DNA from: Candidatus Campbellbacteria bacterium
GTDB lineage: Bacteria > Patescibacteriota > Minisyncoccia > Phycocordibacterales > EsbW-18
Length of the DNA stretch: 64,000 nt
Direction of reading: 5' to 3'
Assembly: GCA_024653945.1 (NCBI GenBank)
Contig: JANLIT010000001.1
Coordinates: forward strand, 20,641 to 84,640
The notes under the pieces are model-generated. The model was not told the origin of the DNA. It saw only the letters and a list, made by a program, of their open reading frames with translations, and ran no database searches. The position numbers were made by a program, and so were the translations under genes. Positions 21,314 to 30,558 of the stretch are shown piece by piece; position 1 is the stretch's first letter, and each line of letters starts with the position of its first letter.

Positions 21314-24300
21314 ATGTCTGCACCCTTCGTCCATTTGCACACACACTCCCACTATTCTCTTCTTTCTGCGCTTCCAAAAATAAAAGCGCTTATTGCGAAA
21401 GCGGTTGAATTGAAAATGCCCGCACTCGCACTCACCGATAATGGCAACATGTATGGTGCGATTGAATTTTACAAAGCATGCATTAAAGCAGAAATTAATC
21501 CAATTCTTGGTGTTGATTTTTATGTTGCATCTCGCACACGTTTTGACAAAGAAGCGGGCATAGACGCCAAGCGCGATCGGCTCGTTCTTTTGGCAATAAA
21601 TGATGTGGGATACAAAAATCTCATCAAACTTGTTACCTATTCGCACACCGAGGGATTTTACTATCGCCCGCGCGTTGACCGAGAACTATTGCAGAAATAT
21701 CATGAGGGACTTATTGCCATTCTCCCCATTTTCAATGGCCCACTTTCAAACGCACTTCGCAACAATGACACAGAGCGCCTGAACAGTGCATTTTCTTTTT
21801 ACCTTGAGACATTTGGAAAAGAAAATCTCTATCTGGAAATTACACACCATCCCGACGTTGATGGACATGAAGCACTTGTGCAAAAAGTAATTGCACTTGC
21901 ACGTGAAAAAAACACACCACTCATCGCCAGCAACGATGTCCACTACCTTTCTCCTGAAGATATGCCGGCACGAAAAACACTCCTCTCCATACAATCTGGT
22001 TCTGACTTCCGTGGTGGCGGTTTTACGTCTTCAGAGGCCGATTTTTCTTTTCTCACATCCGAGGAAATGTACAAACTCTTCAAGGACACGCCAGACGCAC
22101 TTGAAAACACGGTCAAAATTACACAGCGGTGCAAAGTAGAGATTCCGCTTGGCAATTGGCTTTTCCCAACCTTTAACATTCCCAAAGGCACCACGTATGG
22201 AAGTGAGTTGCGACTGCGCGTGGAGGAAGGAGTGGCACGACGCGAACTCACCAAGTCGGCAGAGGTAACAGAACGACTTGAATATGAACTTACTACCATT
22301 ATTTCAAAAGGATATGCGCCATATTTTCTCGTTGTGGCAGATCTTTTAGATTACGCGCGGGAACATACAATTTTGACCAACACTCGTGGTTCCGTTGCTG
22401 GCTCTCTGGTCTCGTACCTCCTCGGTATTACGACAGTGAACCCTCTTGAATATCAGTTACCGTTTGAACGCTTTCTCAACCCCCTACGTCCATCACCTCC
22501 TGATATTGATTTGGATATTGCAGATAACCGTAGGGACGAAATGATTGCCTATGCACGAGAGAAGTATGGGGAGGATAAAGTCGCACAAATTGGAACATTT
22601 GGAACCATGATGGCGCGTGGCGCGGTACGTGATACTGCGCGCGCTCTTGGTTTTGATTACGCGATTGGAGACCAAATTGCAAAACTTATTCCAATGGGCT
22701 CACAAGGTTTTCCTATGGGCCTGGATCGCGCGATGAAAGATGAGAAAGATTTGAAAGCGCTCTATGACCGTGACGAAGATGCCCATCGCATTATTGATAT
22801 GGCAAAAAAGATTGAAGGGTGTGCACGACATATCTCCGTGCACGCCGCGGGAGTAGTGATTTCCCCTATCCCGCTTATTGATATTGTGCCAACACAATTT
22901 GACCCAAAGGGCGAGGGTAAACTACTCACACAATATGACATGCATGCTGTGGAAGATATTGGCTTGCTGAAGCTTGACTTCCTCGGACTCAAAAACCTTG
23001 CCATACTTGCTGAAGCAATTCGCCGTGTGCGAAAGATTTATGATGTTGCTATTGATGTAGAAACACTGCCAATTGATGACACAAAAACATTTGAAATGCT
23101 TGCACGTGGAGATACCATGGCGGTCTTCCAGCTTTCAGGTCAGGCAATGACGCAATTTCTTAAAGAGCTCCGCCCCACAAGTATCCACGACATCAACGCT
23201 ATGGTTGCGCTCTACCGACCGGGTCCGATGAAAAACATTCCTGAATATATTGCACGCAAACACGGAAGGAGTCCTGTGCGGTATATGCATCCCAAGATGA
23301 AAGAGTTCCTTGAACGTTCATACGGTATTCTCGTATACCAAGACGACCTCATGACAACCGCTCTTGAAATTGCCGGCTACACGTGGGAAACGGTGGACAC
23401 GTTTCGTAAAGCAATCGGAAAGAAAATCCCCGTTGAAATGGCAAAACAACACATCATCTTCGTTGAGGGATGTGTTAAAAATTCTGGCATGACCACGGCG
23501 CAAGCAGAGGATATGTGGAAACTCTTTGAACCATTTCAAGGATACGGATTCAACAAAGCACACGCCGCAAGTTACGGACGTTTGGCATACCAAACCGCAT
23601 ACATGAAGGCGCACTACCCCACTGCGTACATGGCGGCCGTACTTTCGGCTGACGCGGGAGATGTTGAAAAAATCTCCGAGCTTATTGCTGGATGTGTCTC
23701 TATGGGAATTGAAGTACTTCCTCCAGATATTAATGAAAGTTATGGTGTTTTCTCCGTCGTTACAAAAGATCTTGCTGAAGATGGCACAGAGAAAATTCGT
23801 TTTGGCCTGCACTCAATTAAAAATCTTGGAGAAGGTATTTCTGACGTTATTATTGAAGAACGCAAGGAACACGGAGTATACGAGTCACTTGAAAATTTTC
23901 TTGAGCGTATTCATGACCGTAACCTCAATAAAAAATCTCTTGAGGCGCTTATTCAATCGGGTTCACTTGATCGTTTTGGCGAACGGGGTCACATGCTCGC
24001 AAACGTTGTAACGCTCTTGGCTTTTAATAAAGAATCATCTGAACGGGGCAAGGCACAGGAATCACTCTTCGGCGCAGGAACAGCTGGTCCGTTTGTATCA
24101 CACATACACCTTGCGGATGCAGAGAGCGCGACCCAGACACAAAAACTTGTCTGGGAAAAAGAACTTCTTGGTTTGTATGTCTCTGGCCATCCGCTGGATG
24201 TGCACAAAGTATTTCTAGAAAAAGTGCCAACAACTATTGAGAAAATAAAAGCACTTCCTAGTGGTATGACGACGGTTATCTATGGCCTCATTGAAGACGT

Positions 24301-24538
24301 GCGCCCTATTATGACAAAGAAAAATGAAAAGATGGCGTTTGTGCACATCAGTGATTTTACAGGAACACTTGAATTAGTACTTTTTCCAAAATCGTATGAT
24401 GAATTCAAAAATATTCTGATTCCTGGAGCGTGTATCGGTGCAAAGGGGAAAATTTCTGTACGCAACGGAGAAATGAGTATGCTCGCTGACAAAGTAAAAT
24501 TGCTTGGTAATGCGCCCGAAGTAGCGCCCGTTAAATAA
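21314..24538 (+). CDS. dnaE: DNA polymerase III alpha subunit
   Basis: PHP HLHTHSHYS; PPDIDLD; FNKAHAASY. Confidence 0.98.
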   Translation: MSAPFVHLHTHSHYSLLSALPKIKALIAKAVELKMPALALTDNGNMYGAIEFYKACIKAEINPILGVDFYVASRTRFDKEAGIDAKRDRLVLLAINDVGYKNLIKLVTYSHTEGFYYRPRVDRELLQKYHEGLIAILPIFNGPLSNALRNNDTERLNSAFSFYLETFGKENLYLEITHHPDVDGHEALVQKVIALAREKNTPLIASNDVHYLSPEDMPARKTLLSIQSGSDFRGGGFTSSEADFSFLTSEEMYKLFKDTPDALENTVKITQRCKVEIPLGNWLFPTFNIPKGTTYGSELRLRVEEGVARRELTKSAEVTERLEYELTTIISKGYAPYFLVVADLLDYAREHTILTNTRGSVAGSLVSYLLGITTVNPLEYQLPFERFLNPLRPSPPDIDLDIADNRRDEMIAYAREKYGEDKVAQIGTFGTMMARGAVRDTARALGFDYAIGDQIAKLIPMGSQGFPMGLDRAMKDEKDLKALYDRDEDAHRIIDMAKKIEGCARHISVHAAGVVISPIPLIDIVPTQFDPKGEGKLLTQYDMHAVEDIGLLKLDFLGLKNLAILAEAIRRVRKIYDVAIDVETLPIDDTKTFEMLARGDTMAVFQLSGQAMTQFLKELRPTSIHDINAMVALYRPGPMKNIPEYIARKHGRSPVRYMHPKMKEFLERSYGILVYQDDLMTTALEIAGYTWETVDTFRKAIGKKIPVEMAKQHIIFVEGCVKNSGMTTAQAEDMWKLFEPFQGYGFNKAHAASYGRLAYQTAYMKAHYPTAYMAAVLSADAGDVEKISELIAGCVSMGIEVLPPDINESYGVFSVVTKDLAEDGTEKIRFGLHSIKNLGEGISDVIIEERKEHGVYESLENFLERIHDRNLNKKSLEALIQSGSLDRFGERGHMLANVVTLLAFNKESSERGKAQESLFGAGTAGPFVSHIHLADAESATQTQKLVWEKELLGLYVSGHPLDVHKVFLEKVPTTIEKIKALPSGMTTVIYGLIEDVRPIMTKKNEKMAFVHISDFTGTLELVLFPKSYDEFKNILIPGACIGAKGKISVRNGEMSMLADKVKLLGNAPEVAPVK

Positions 24539-24546
24539 AAAACGCC

Positions 24547-25023
24547 TCAGCCGGTGGCCGAGGCGCTCTGCAGGAAGGATGGTGGCACCAGTAGTGGCCA
24601 CGCATCCAGATAGAGAGACCAGTCAACAGCTGGTCGCTTTTTTCTTGTGTGGTAAACCCACGAGCATTGCACCGGCAGATAGAAGCGCTTGAAGGCAACG
24701 CCCTCAGGAAATCTTTGAAGGAACACGCTATTCGGAATAATGAGAAGCAACTCCTCCTCGCCATCATGCATACAAAACGACACGAAGGTGAAGTCAGAAT
24801 CCTCGAGCGCTGACCGCGAGACACCCAGCATCGCGTAGTACCTGTCTCCGACCTCACGCATGTTTGTGAGGTGGTGCAGGCGACAATGAAGACCGTTGAC
24901 GAGAAACCGAGTTCTACTCACGGTCTTCATGCGATTTCCGTATAGCAAGTTCACGCGCTCCACAAAGAACCCGCACGCTCTTGCCTCTGCAAAAACGCGA
25001 TCCATCAGTTCGCTGTTGACCAT
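24547..25023 (-). CDS. orphan hypothetical protein
   Basis: SD GGGAGGAG upstream of ATG at 25023; 158 codons. Confidence 0.6.
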   Translation of the reverse strand: MVNSELMDRVFAEARACGFFVERVNLLYGNRMKTVSRTRFLVNGLHCRLHHLTNMREVGDRYYAMLGVSRSALEDSDFTFVSFCMHDGEEELLLIIPNSVFLQRFPEGVAFKRFYLPVQCSWVYHTRKKRPAVDWSLYLDAWPLLVPPSFLQSASATG

Positions 25024-25105
25024 GTTCTCCTCCCATAGTAAGAGCAGTTGAAGAGTCTGCCAGAAACTATATACTACAGAGGTAGTACAAGTAATTATTT
25101 TGATT

Positions 25106-26842
25106 ATGAATAAACATACCCCAGAAGAACTTGCCCCGATGCGCCACACGCTCTCGCACCTCATGGCCGCGGCAGTTTTAGAAATATATCCAGATGCAAA
25201 GCCGACCCTGGGGCCTGCCGTGGACAATGGTTTTTACTACGACTTTGACTTTCCTACCCCAATTGTCGACACTGACCTCAAGGAAATTCAGAAGCGGATG
25301 AAAAAAATGCTGTCATCGTGGAAAGAGTTTACACATGAGGAGGTTTCAAAAGAAGATGCACTTAAACGATTTGCAGGGAACGAATACAAAGAAGAACTCA
25401 TCAATGAGATTGCTTCCCGTGGGGAAAAAATAACACTCTACACATGTGGAGGATTTACCGATTTATGTCGTGGGGGACATGTTGACCATCCATCACAAGA
25501 TATTGATGCCGACAGTTTCAAAATCTCACATCTTGCCGGTGCGTACTGGCGCGGAGATGAAAAAAATAAAATGCTCACACGCATCTATGGTTTTGCATTT
25601 GCAACAAAAGAAGACCTTGAAGCATACGAGACACAAATTGAAGAGGCAAAAAAACGTGACCATAAGAAACTTGGACGCGAACTAGGTTTGTTTATGTTTC
25701 ACGAGACGGCACCAGGTATGCCATATTGGCTCCCTAAAGGACTTATTGTCTATAACGAGCTAGTTAACTTTTGGCGAGAAGAACACACACGTTTAGGCTA
25801 CCAAGAAATTGCCAGTCCGCTTGTAAACAAAGCTGAACTCTGGCACACATCTGGGCACTGGGAACACTACAAGGAAGATATGTTTATTGCGGACATGGGA
25901 GAAAATGAAGTATATGGAATTAAACCAATGAACTGTCCAAACGCCATGATAGTGTTTCAGTCTATGCAAGTAAGTTACCGAGACCTTCCTCTTCGACTTT
26001 CAGACACTGACCGTTTACACCGATACGAGCGTTCAGGAACACTCAACGGTCTCTTGCGCGTTCGCTCCTTCCAACAGGACGATTCTCACAACTTTATCTC
26101 AGAGGACATGATTGCATCAGAGTACGAACATATTTTTGAAATATGTAAAAAATTCTATGGTATTTTTGGTCTCGACTACTCATTCCGTATGGGGACACGT
26201 CCAGAAAAGTTCCTTGGTGATAAAGAGACCTGGGATAAGGCAGAAGAGGCACTACGAGGTATTCTTGAAAAATCAGATAAAGAGTATGTTGTTGCCGAAG
26301 GTGATGGCGCATTTTACGGTCCAAAAATCGATATTATTATGAAAGATACACTTGGCCGTGATTGGCAGATGGGCACCATACAGCTGGACTTCCAACTTCC
26401 TCGTCGGTTTGATCTCTCCTATGCCGCTGCAGATGGTACCAAGAAAACACCCGTTGTTGTTCACCGAGTCATTTACGGTTCTCTAGAACGCTTCATTGGT
26501 ATTATCATTGAGCATTTTGCTGGCGCACTTCCAACATGGCTCTCACCGATACAAATCTCCATCTTGCCCATTTCTGAAAAACATCTCACAAAAGCACGAG
26601 AACTAACCACGGCTCTGCAATCAGAAAACATCCGTGTACATTGTGATGATTCAAACGAGACACTTGGCAAAAAGATTCGTACGTGGAAGATAGGAAAAAA
26701 CCCATACGCACTTGTTCTCGGTGATAAAGAGGTAGAGAGTGGTGAACTCACGCTTGAAAAACGCTCTGGTGAAAAGGAAACCATTTCTCTTGAGGCACTT
26801 ATTGCAAAACTAAAAACAGAAATCTCAACCCGAGCTCTCTAA
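25106..26842 (+). CDS. thrS: threonine--tRNA ligase (no N-terminal TGS domain)
   Basis: RHTLSHL, DLCRGGH, KPMNCP, GAFYGPKID, HRVIYGSLERF. Confidence 0.98.
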   Translation: MNKHTPEELAPMRHTLSHLMAAAVLEIYPDAKPTLGPAVDNGFYYDFDFPTPIVDTDLKEIQKRMKKMLSSWKEFTHEEVSKEDALKRFAGNEYKEELINEIASRGEKITLYTCGGFTDLCRGGHVDHPSQDIDADSFKISHLAGAYWRGDEKNKMLTRIYGFAFATKEDLEAYETQIEEAKKRDHKKLGRELGLFMFHETAPGMPYWLPKGLIVYNELVNFWREEHTRLGYQEIASPLVNKAELWHTSGHWEHYKEDMFIADMGENEVYGIKPMNCPNAMIVFQSMQVSYRDLPLRLSDTDRLHRYERSGTLNGLLRVRSFQQDDSHNFISEDMIASEYEHIFEICKKFYGIFGLDYSFRMGTRPEKFLGDKETWDKAEEALRGILEKSDKEYVVAEGDGAFYGPKIDIIMKDTLGRDWQMGTIQLDFQLPRRFDLSYAAADGTKKTPVVVHRVIYGSLERFIGIIIEHFAGALPTWLSPIQISILPISEKHLTKARELTTALQSENIRVHCDDSNETLGKKIRTWKIGKNPYALVLGDKEVESGELTLEKRSGEKETISLEALIAKLKTEISTRAL

Positions 26843-26899
26843 ACATACAAAAAACCACCAGTTTTTTCGAACGGTGGTTTTTTGTATTTTCGAAAATCT

Positions 26900-27268
26900 T
26901 TAGAAAAGTACCAGGGATCCACCTCCACCAAGAAGAAGTACGAGTGCTCCGGCAAGTAACACAATATCAAATTCCCATCCCATTTTATCCATAGCAGAGA
27001 AGGGTACGTGCCACTTTACTAACTTAAAGTAGAGAGCGCCAAGCATAACAATCGCAAGGCCGAGGGCGGATAGTTTAAAAAGAAGACCGGTGATAACACC
27101 GAGTCCACCAAGTATTTCAACTAACCCAACAAACAACACCATGCCGGCAGACATGCCCACCATCGGAGCAAGTTTTTTTGCGCTTCTCACTTTTGGAAGC
27201 CCGTGGTAGATAAAGACAACTCCCATTGCTAGGCGAAGTGCTAAAAGTCCTAAATTACTGTAGTCCAT
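26900..27268 (-). CDS. DoxX family membrane protein
   Basis: LRLAMGVVFIYHGLPK...E..GG...GWEF. Confidence 0.88.
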   Translation of the reverse strand: MDYSNLGLLALRLAMGVVFIYHGLPKVRSAKKLAPMVGMSAGMVLFVGLVEILGGLGVITGLLFKLSALGLAIVMLGALYFKLVKWHVPFSAMDKMGWEFDIVLLAGALVLLLGGGGSLVLF

Positions 27269-27391
27269 AGTAAGAGATTAATATATAAAAGATACATCTA
27301 GTAGTATACCGCATAAAAGAAAACGCCCCGCATCTCTCTGAACAAATCCAGAAAGGTGTAGGGCGTGAGGTGCAACGGAGAAGAAGAAAAC

Positions 27392-28249
27392 CTACTGGGA
27401 GGGCCAGGTGGGCATGAAGCCCTTCGGTTCTGGGATTACTCGACCCGGCGCGAAGGGTGACTCCATCACCGCACCAGTCCACCGAGACATGTCTCCCGTT
27501 TCAAAGCCATCCCGAAAGATGTCAGGTGTCCAAAGAACAACGGTTGTCGTCCCGCTGTTCTGGTACCCGTTCACCGAGTACCCGCCAGAGATGATGATGT
27601 TCTCCGTACGAATGTACTCGGCGGTCTCGTCGAGAATCGCCTGATCCGGGGTCGTTCCCCCAGGCCAGTATCCGTTCCCGACACCAACGTAGTAGAGCGC
27701 ATCCAAAACCGTCGAGTCGGATTCGCCGGAATTGTAGACGATGTCGTCACCGCCACCGAGTACCCGGTCGGGACCGTAGTTCACCCCTACACGCGTCGTT
27801 CCGTTGAGGGTTGTACCGACGAGGCTACCGATGTAGTTGAGCTGGCCGTCCGAGCTCAGAATGGCGAACTGAACGTTCGCCAAGGTGAACCACTCCAAAC
27901 CGTCGCCCAAGGCGACGAGCCCGAAGTGCATCCTGTTGCCATACTCGCCGTTGAATGGTGCTGGAGGTTCCGAGATGCCGCGCCACGAGCTGAAGCTCGT
28001 GACCATGACGTCGCCCGGGAAGTACCGGACGAGCGCCGAGTACGCTGTTGGGTCCGTCTCGCGGTCTCCAACGACCGAAAGACCGTTTTGAAGCGCGTTC
28101 ATGGCGTTCGCCAGGTAACCGCTCCAGCTCGGCGAGCCGAAGCCATTCGGCGCCGGCGAAGCATAGACATTGACCAAGATGTCGGCCGATACTGCCGTCG
28201 GCAAAGCGACGACGAACAGAACTGCGAGGACTACGACGAATCTCTTCAT
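27392..28249 (-). CDS. secreted protein with C-terminal IFxDGFExGD motif
   Basis: Signal peptide, high GC, SD AAGGAG, promoter TAGACA-N17-TAGAAT; DIFRDGFETGDMSRW near the C terminus. Confidence 0.8.
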   Translation of the reverse strand: MKRFVVVLAVLFVVALPTAVSADILVNVYASPAPNGFGSPSWSGYLANAMNALQNGLSVVGDRETDPTAYSALVRYFPGDVMVTSFSSWRGISEPPAPFNGEYGNRMHFGLVALGDGLEWFTLANVQFAILSSDGQLNYIGSLVGTTLNGTTRVGVNYGPDRVLGGGDDIVYNSGESDSTVLDALYYVGVGNGYWPGGTTPDQAILDETAEYIRTENIIISGGYSVNGYQNSGTTTVVLWTPDIFRDGFETGDMSRWTGAVMESPFAPGRVIPEPKGFMPTWPSQ

Positions 28250-28353
28250 CTTTCTTCTCCTTGTTGTTAGAGAACAAAAAAGAGGCACGATGCCTCCTCA
28301 TAACCACAAGAATTCTACATTATTCTCATGTTCTTGTCTAGACCACCCTTCTC

Positions 28354-28755
28354 TCACCCACGCTCATTTTTAAACTTCTCTCGTTCACGCTTCCGTACTC
28401 CTTTTTCGTCAAGACCAAAGTGGTGACCGATTTCGTGCCACAGTGTTTCGTATATAACGTCGGGAAGTGTTTTGCCTAACTCCTGTGCATGCCTTTCCAA
28501 GGGTGTTTTGTACAATGTGATAACGTCGGGATACGCAAAACCAGCGTCGTTACTTCGTTTTGTTCTTGGAACGCCGGTGTACAGTCCGAGAAGATCTGAC
28601 TGAGGAGAAAGCTTCAGTTTTTTCCTCGTTTTTTCATCAACACTTTCTTCAACAAGTATGGCAACATTTTTCACAAGCATGCGAAATTTCTCCGGAAGAC
28701 GCACAAACGCTTCCTGTACCATGGCTTCAAATTCTTCACGTGAGATTGCTGTCAT
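28354..28755 (-). CDS. Zincin_1-like metallopeptidase
   Basis: LLGLYTGVP..PDVITLY..HEIGHHFG. Confidence 0.88.
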   Translation of the reverse strand: MTAISREEFEAMVQEAFVRLPEKFRMLVKNVAILVEESVDEKTRKKLKLSPQSDLLGLYTGVPRTKRSNDAGFAYPDVITLYKTPLERHAQELGKTLPDVIYETLWHEIGHHFGLDEKGVRKREREKFKNERG

Positions 28756-28903
28756 ATGATTTTCCAAAATCACGTCGCGCAAGTGTTGATTCTGCAGAAT
28801 CATGTCACGTACTGTCCATTAAAACGTGACCAAAAGCGCGACGTAATGAGCGAAATTGTGTCACGTACCTGATTCTGCGGAATCATGTCGCGAGACCGAT
28901 TCA

Positions 28904-29233
28904 TTAAAATTCATACAACACATCCCAGAAATATTTGATGCGGTCATTTTTTTCTATTTCTATTCCCTCTTGTTTGTAGAGTTTCATGCGTTGTGCCCTG
29001 TACTGCTCGTTTATCCAGATTCTCCCATCAGCATATACAATTCTATGAAAAGGGATTGATGCGCCTTCACCCTCTGCTTTTCCAAGTATTGAGGTAATGC
29101 TTTGTGCTGACATTGCACCACCACCTGCACTACGTGCAATACGCCCGTACGTCGTCACACGTCCGCTTGGGATTTTTTGTGCAAGGCGTACAACACGTTC
29201 GCTAAATGTTGGCCCAAGTACTTTTTTCTTCAT
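28904..29233 (-). CDS. alkyltransferase-like (ATL/MGMT family) protein lacking the catalytic Cys
   Basis: IPSGRVTTYGRIA; IPFHRIV in place of PCHRV. Confidence 0.85.
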   Translation of the reverse strand: MKKKVLGPTFSERVVRLAQKIPSGRVTTYGRIARSAGGGAMSAQSITSILGKAEGEGASIPFHRIVYADGRIWINEQYRAQRMKLYKQEGIEIEKNDRIKYFWDVLYEF

Positions 29234-29302
29234 ACGATTTCACAAAATCGCGTCGCGTAACTGTCCATTGAAACGCGACACCCTTATTCTACCATTCGCG
29301 CG

Positions 29303-29351
29303 CCTGCCTGCCCTGCCTGCCCTGCCTGCCGGCAGGCAGGCGGCAGGCAGG
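29303..29351. repeat. nested CCTGCCTGCCGGCAGGCAGG palindromes
   Basis: A 20-bp palindrome (29321-29340) sits in the centre of an identical copy, with an extra half copy upstream. Confidence 0.85.
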
Positions 29352-29400
29352 AATTAGGGAATATAAAACGTAAAATATGGAAAATAATAATATGGAATAG

Positions 29401-30135
29401 AGAAAAGGCCCGAGCGCAAGCGTCGGACCTCTTCAGTAACTACCGGCGACCGGCAATGATACTGGAAAAAAGAACGGAATCTACGTCGACCTCTGGAGCG
29501 AACTCCTGAGGATAGATTAAGACGTTGGGAACAGAGCGGCCTATCGCTCTTGGATGATTTTGCGTGTCGCGACCGAAGTCGAGAGCACGTGTCCTGGGTT
29601 GGACATCATCCGTTCCCACGAGCCCTGTGTTTCACTGATGTGTCACACAGAACCATTACCGAGTTATTGCAGAAAGGGTGAGCTCCCTGCGATTTCTCGT
29701 TTGCCTCTGAGGCGATCGTGACCAATTCCTTTTAAGGGCGCTGGTCTCGTTCGTTGTGATGATGTCTGAAGGGTTTTGAGTCCTCCGAACACCCCACTGT
29801 AGAAGTTGTCGATTCTGCCGCAAGCGACAGAGTGCTAGGTCCGACATCTCCTCCTGGTGCAATGGAAACCGAGTTGCTCGCAAGATTGCTCCCGCGTGCT
29901 TCTCTCCCATAGTTTCCCTCGGCTCATTCCACGTTGTCTCACATCGACATTCCCTTTGAGGAGAAGCAAACCGAAGTTCGCAGTCATCCCAACTGGACTA
30001 TCGCGTCTGATGCTAGGCACCGGACTGAAGTGGTTTCAGAGAGAACATTGCACTGTTCTCCTTACCGTGTAACCAATCACTCTCGGTTTGTTGTGGTCCT
30101 CTTGCGAGAGCCGTAACGTACCGCATGCTTGGTAT
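29401..30135 (-). ncRNA. putative large (~730 nt) structured non-coding RNA
   Basis: Own promoter and terminator; no ORF longer than 84 codons; several UUCG/GNRA-capped stems that read as stable loops on the minus strand; nested multibranch and long-range helices. Confidence 0.75.
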
Positions 30136-30141
30136 GTGAGA

Positions 30142-30278
30142 AGTATACGGATAGTGAAGTTGTTGTCAATCACATATCTCGTTTCTCAATAAAAAATACC
30201 TTTCGTCAAATTTTTTGTTTAAATGCATCCCTGTACCGAAAACAGCACGTTGACATACAGGAGATACCTGTATACTAT
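30142..30278. promoter_or_regulatory. back-to-back sigma70 promoters
   Basis: Minus: TTGACA(30169-30164)-N16-TATACT(30147-30142). Plus: TTGACA(30250-30255)-N17-TACTAT(30273-30278). Confidence 0.75.
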
Positions 30279-30284
30279 CCATTT

Positions 30285-30555
30285 TGGTTCAGGCAAACAC
30301 TCGGTGGCTTGCTGGTCTTTCTGGGGGCGGGGATGAGCCCAAACCTAGAGAGTTTAAAGGGCGATGAGCCCGAACAGCCAATAGTAGACAGGAAACTGCT
30401 ACTGTTTCGAGGGTTCAATTCCCTTGGGGTGGCGGAGAGATGATCTTGAGTAGCGTAGACTAGGCGGGAGACGGAGAAGCTTTGGCTCTGGCCAAGGTGG
30501 AGTCGCCACTGAAAAACCGCCCTCTCAGGAAATATGCTCGAAGTCGCTTGAACCA
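30285..30555 (+). ncRNA. putative ~270 nt structured RNA with a 23S L1-stalk-like domain and a T arm
   Basis: 10-bp closing helix TGGTTCAGGC/GCTTGAACCA; T arm at 30409-30425; L1-stalk-like module at 30444-30530. Confidence 0.8.
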
Positions 30556-30558
30556 CAG

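Noticed and set aside
30285-30555. RNase P RNA, tmRNA, SRP, 6S or a true 23S rRNA gene
   Set aside because: No GAGGAAAGUCC/P4 partner, no acceptor stem with CCA after the T arm, no SRP helix-8 motif, and the fold is multibranched rather than a rod. 23S similarity is confined to ~85 nt.
29656-30556. Short ORFs in the RNA locus (29656-29910, 29835-30020, 29857-30072, 30129-30443, 30275-30556)
   Set aside because: They overlap one another, have no recognisable motifs, and cross the promoters or structured stems.
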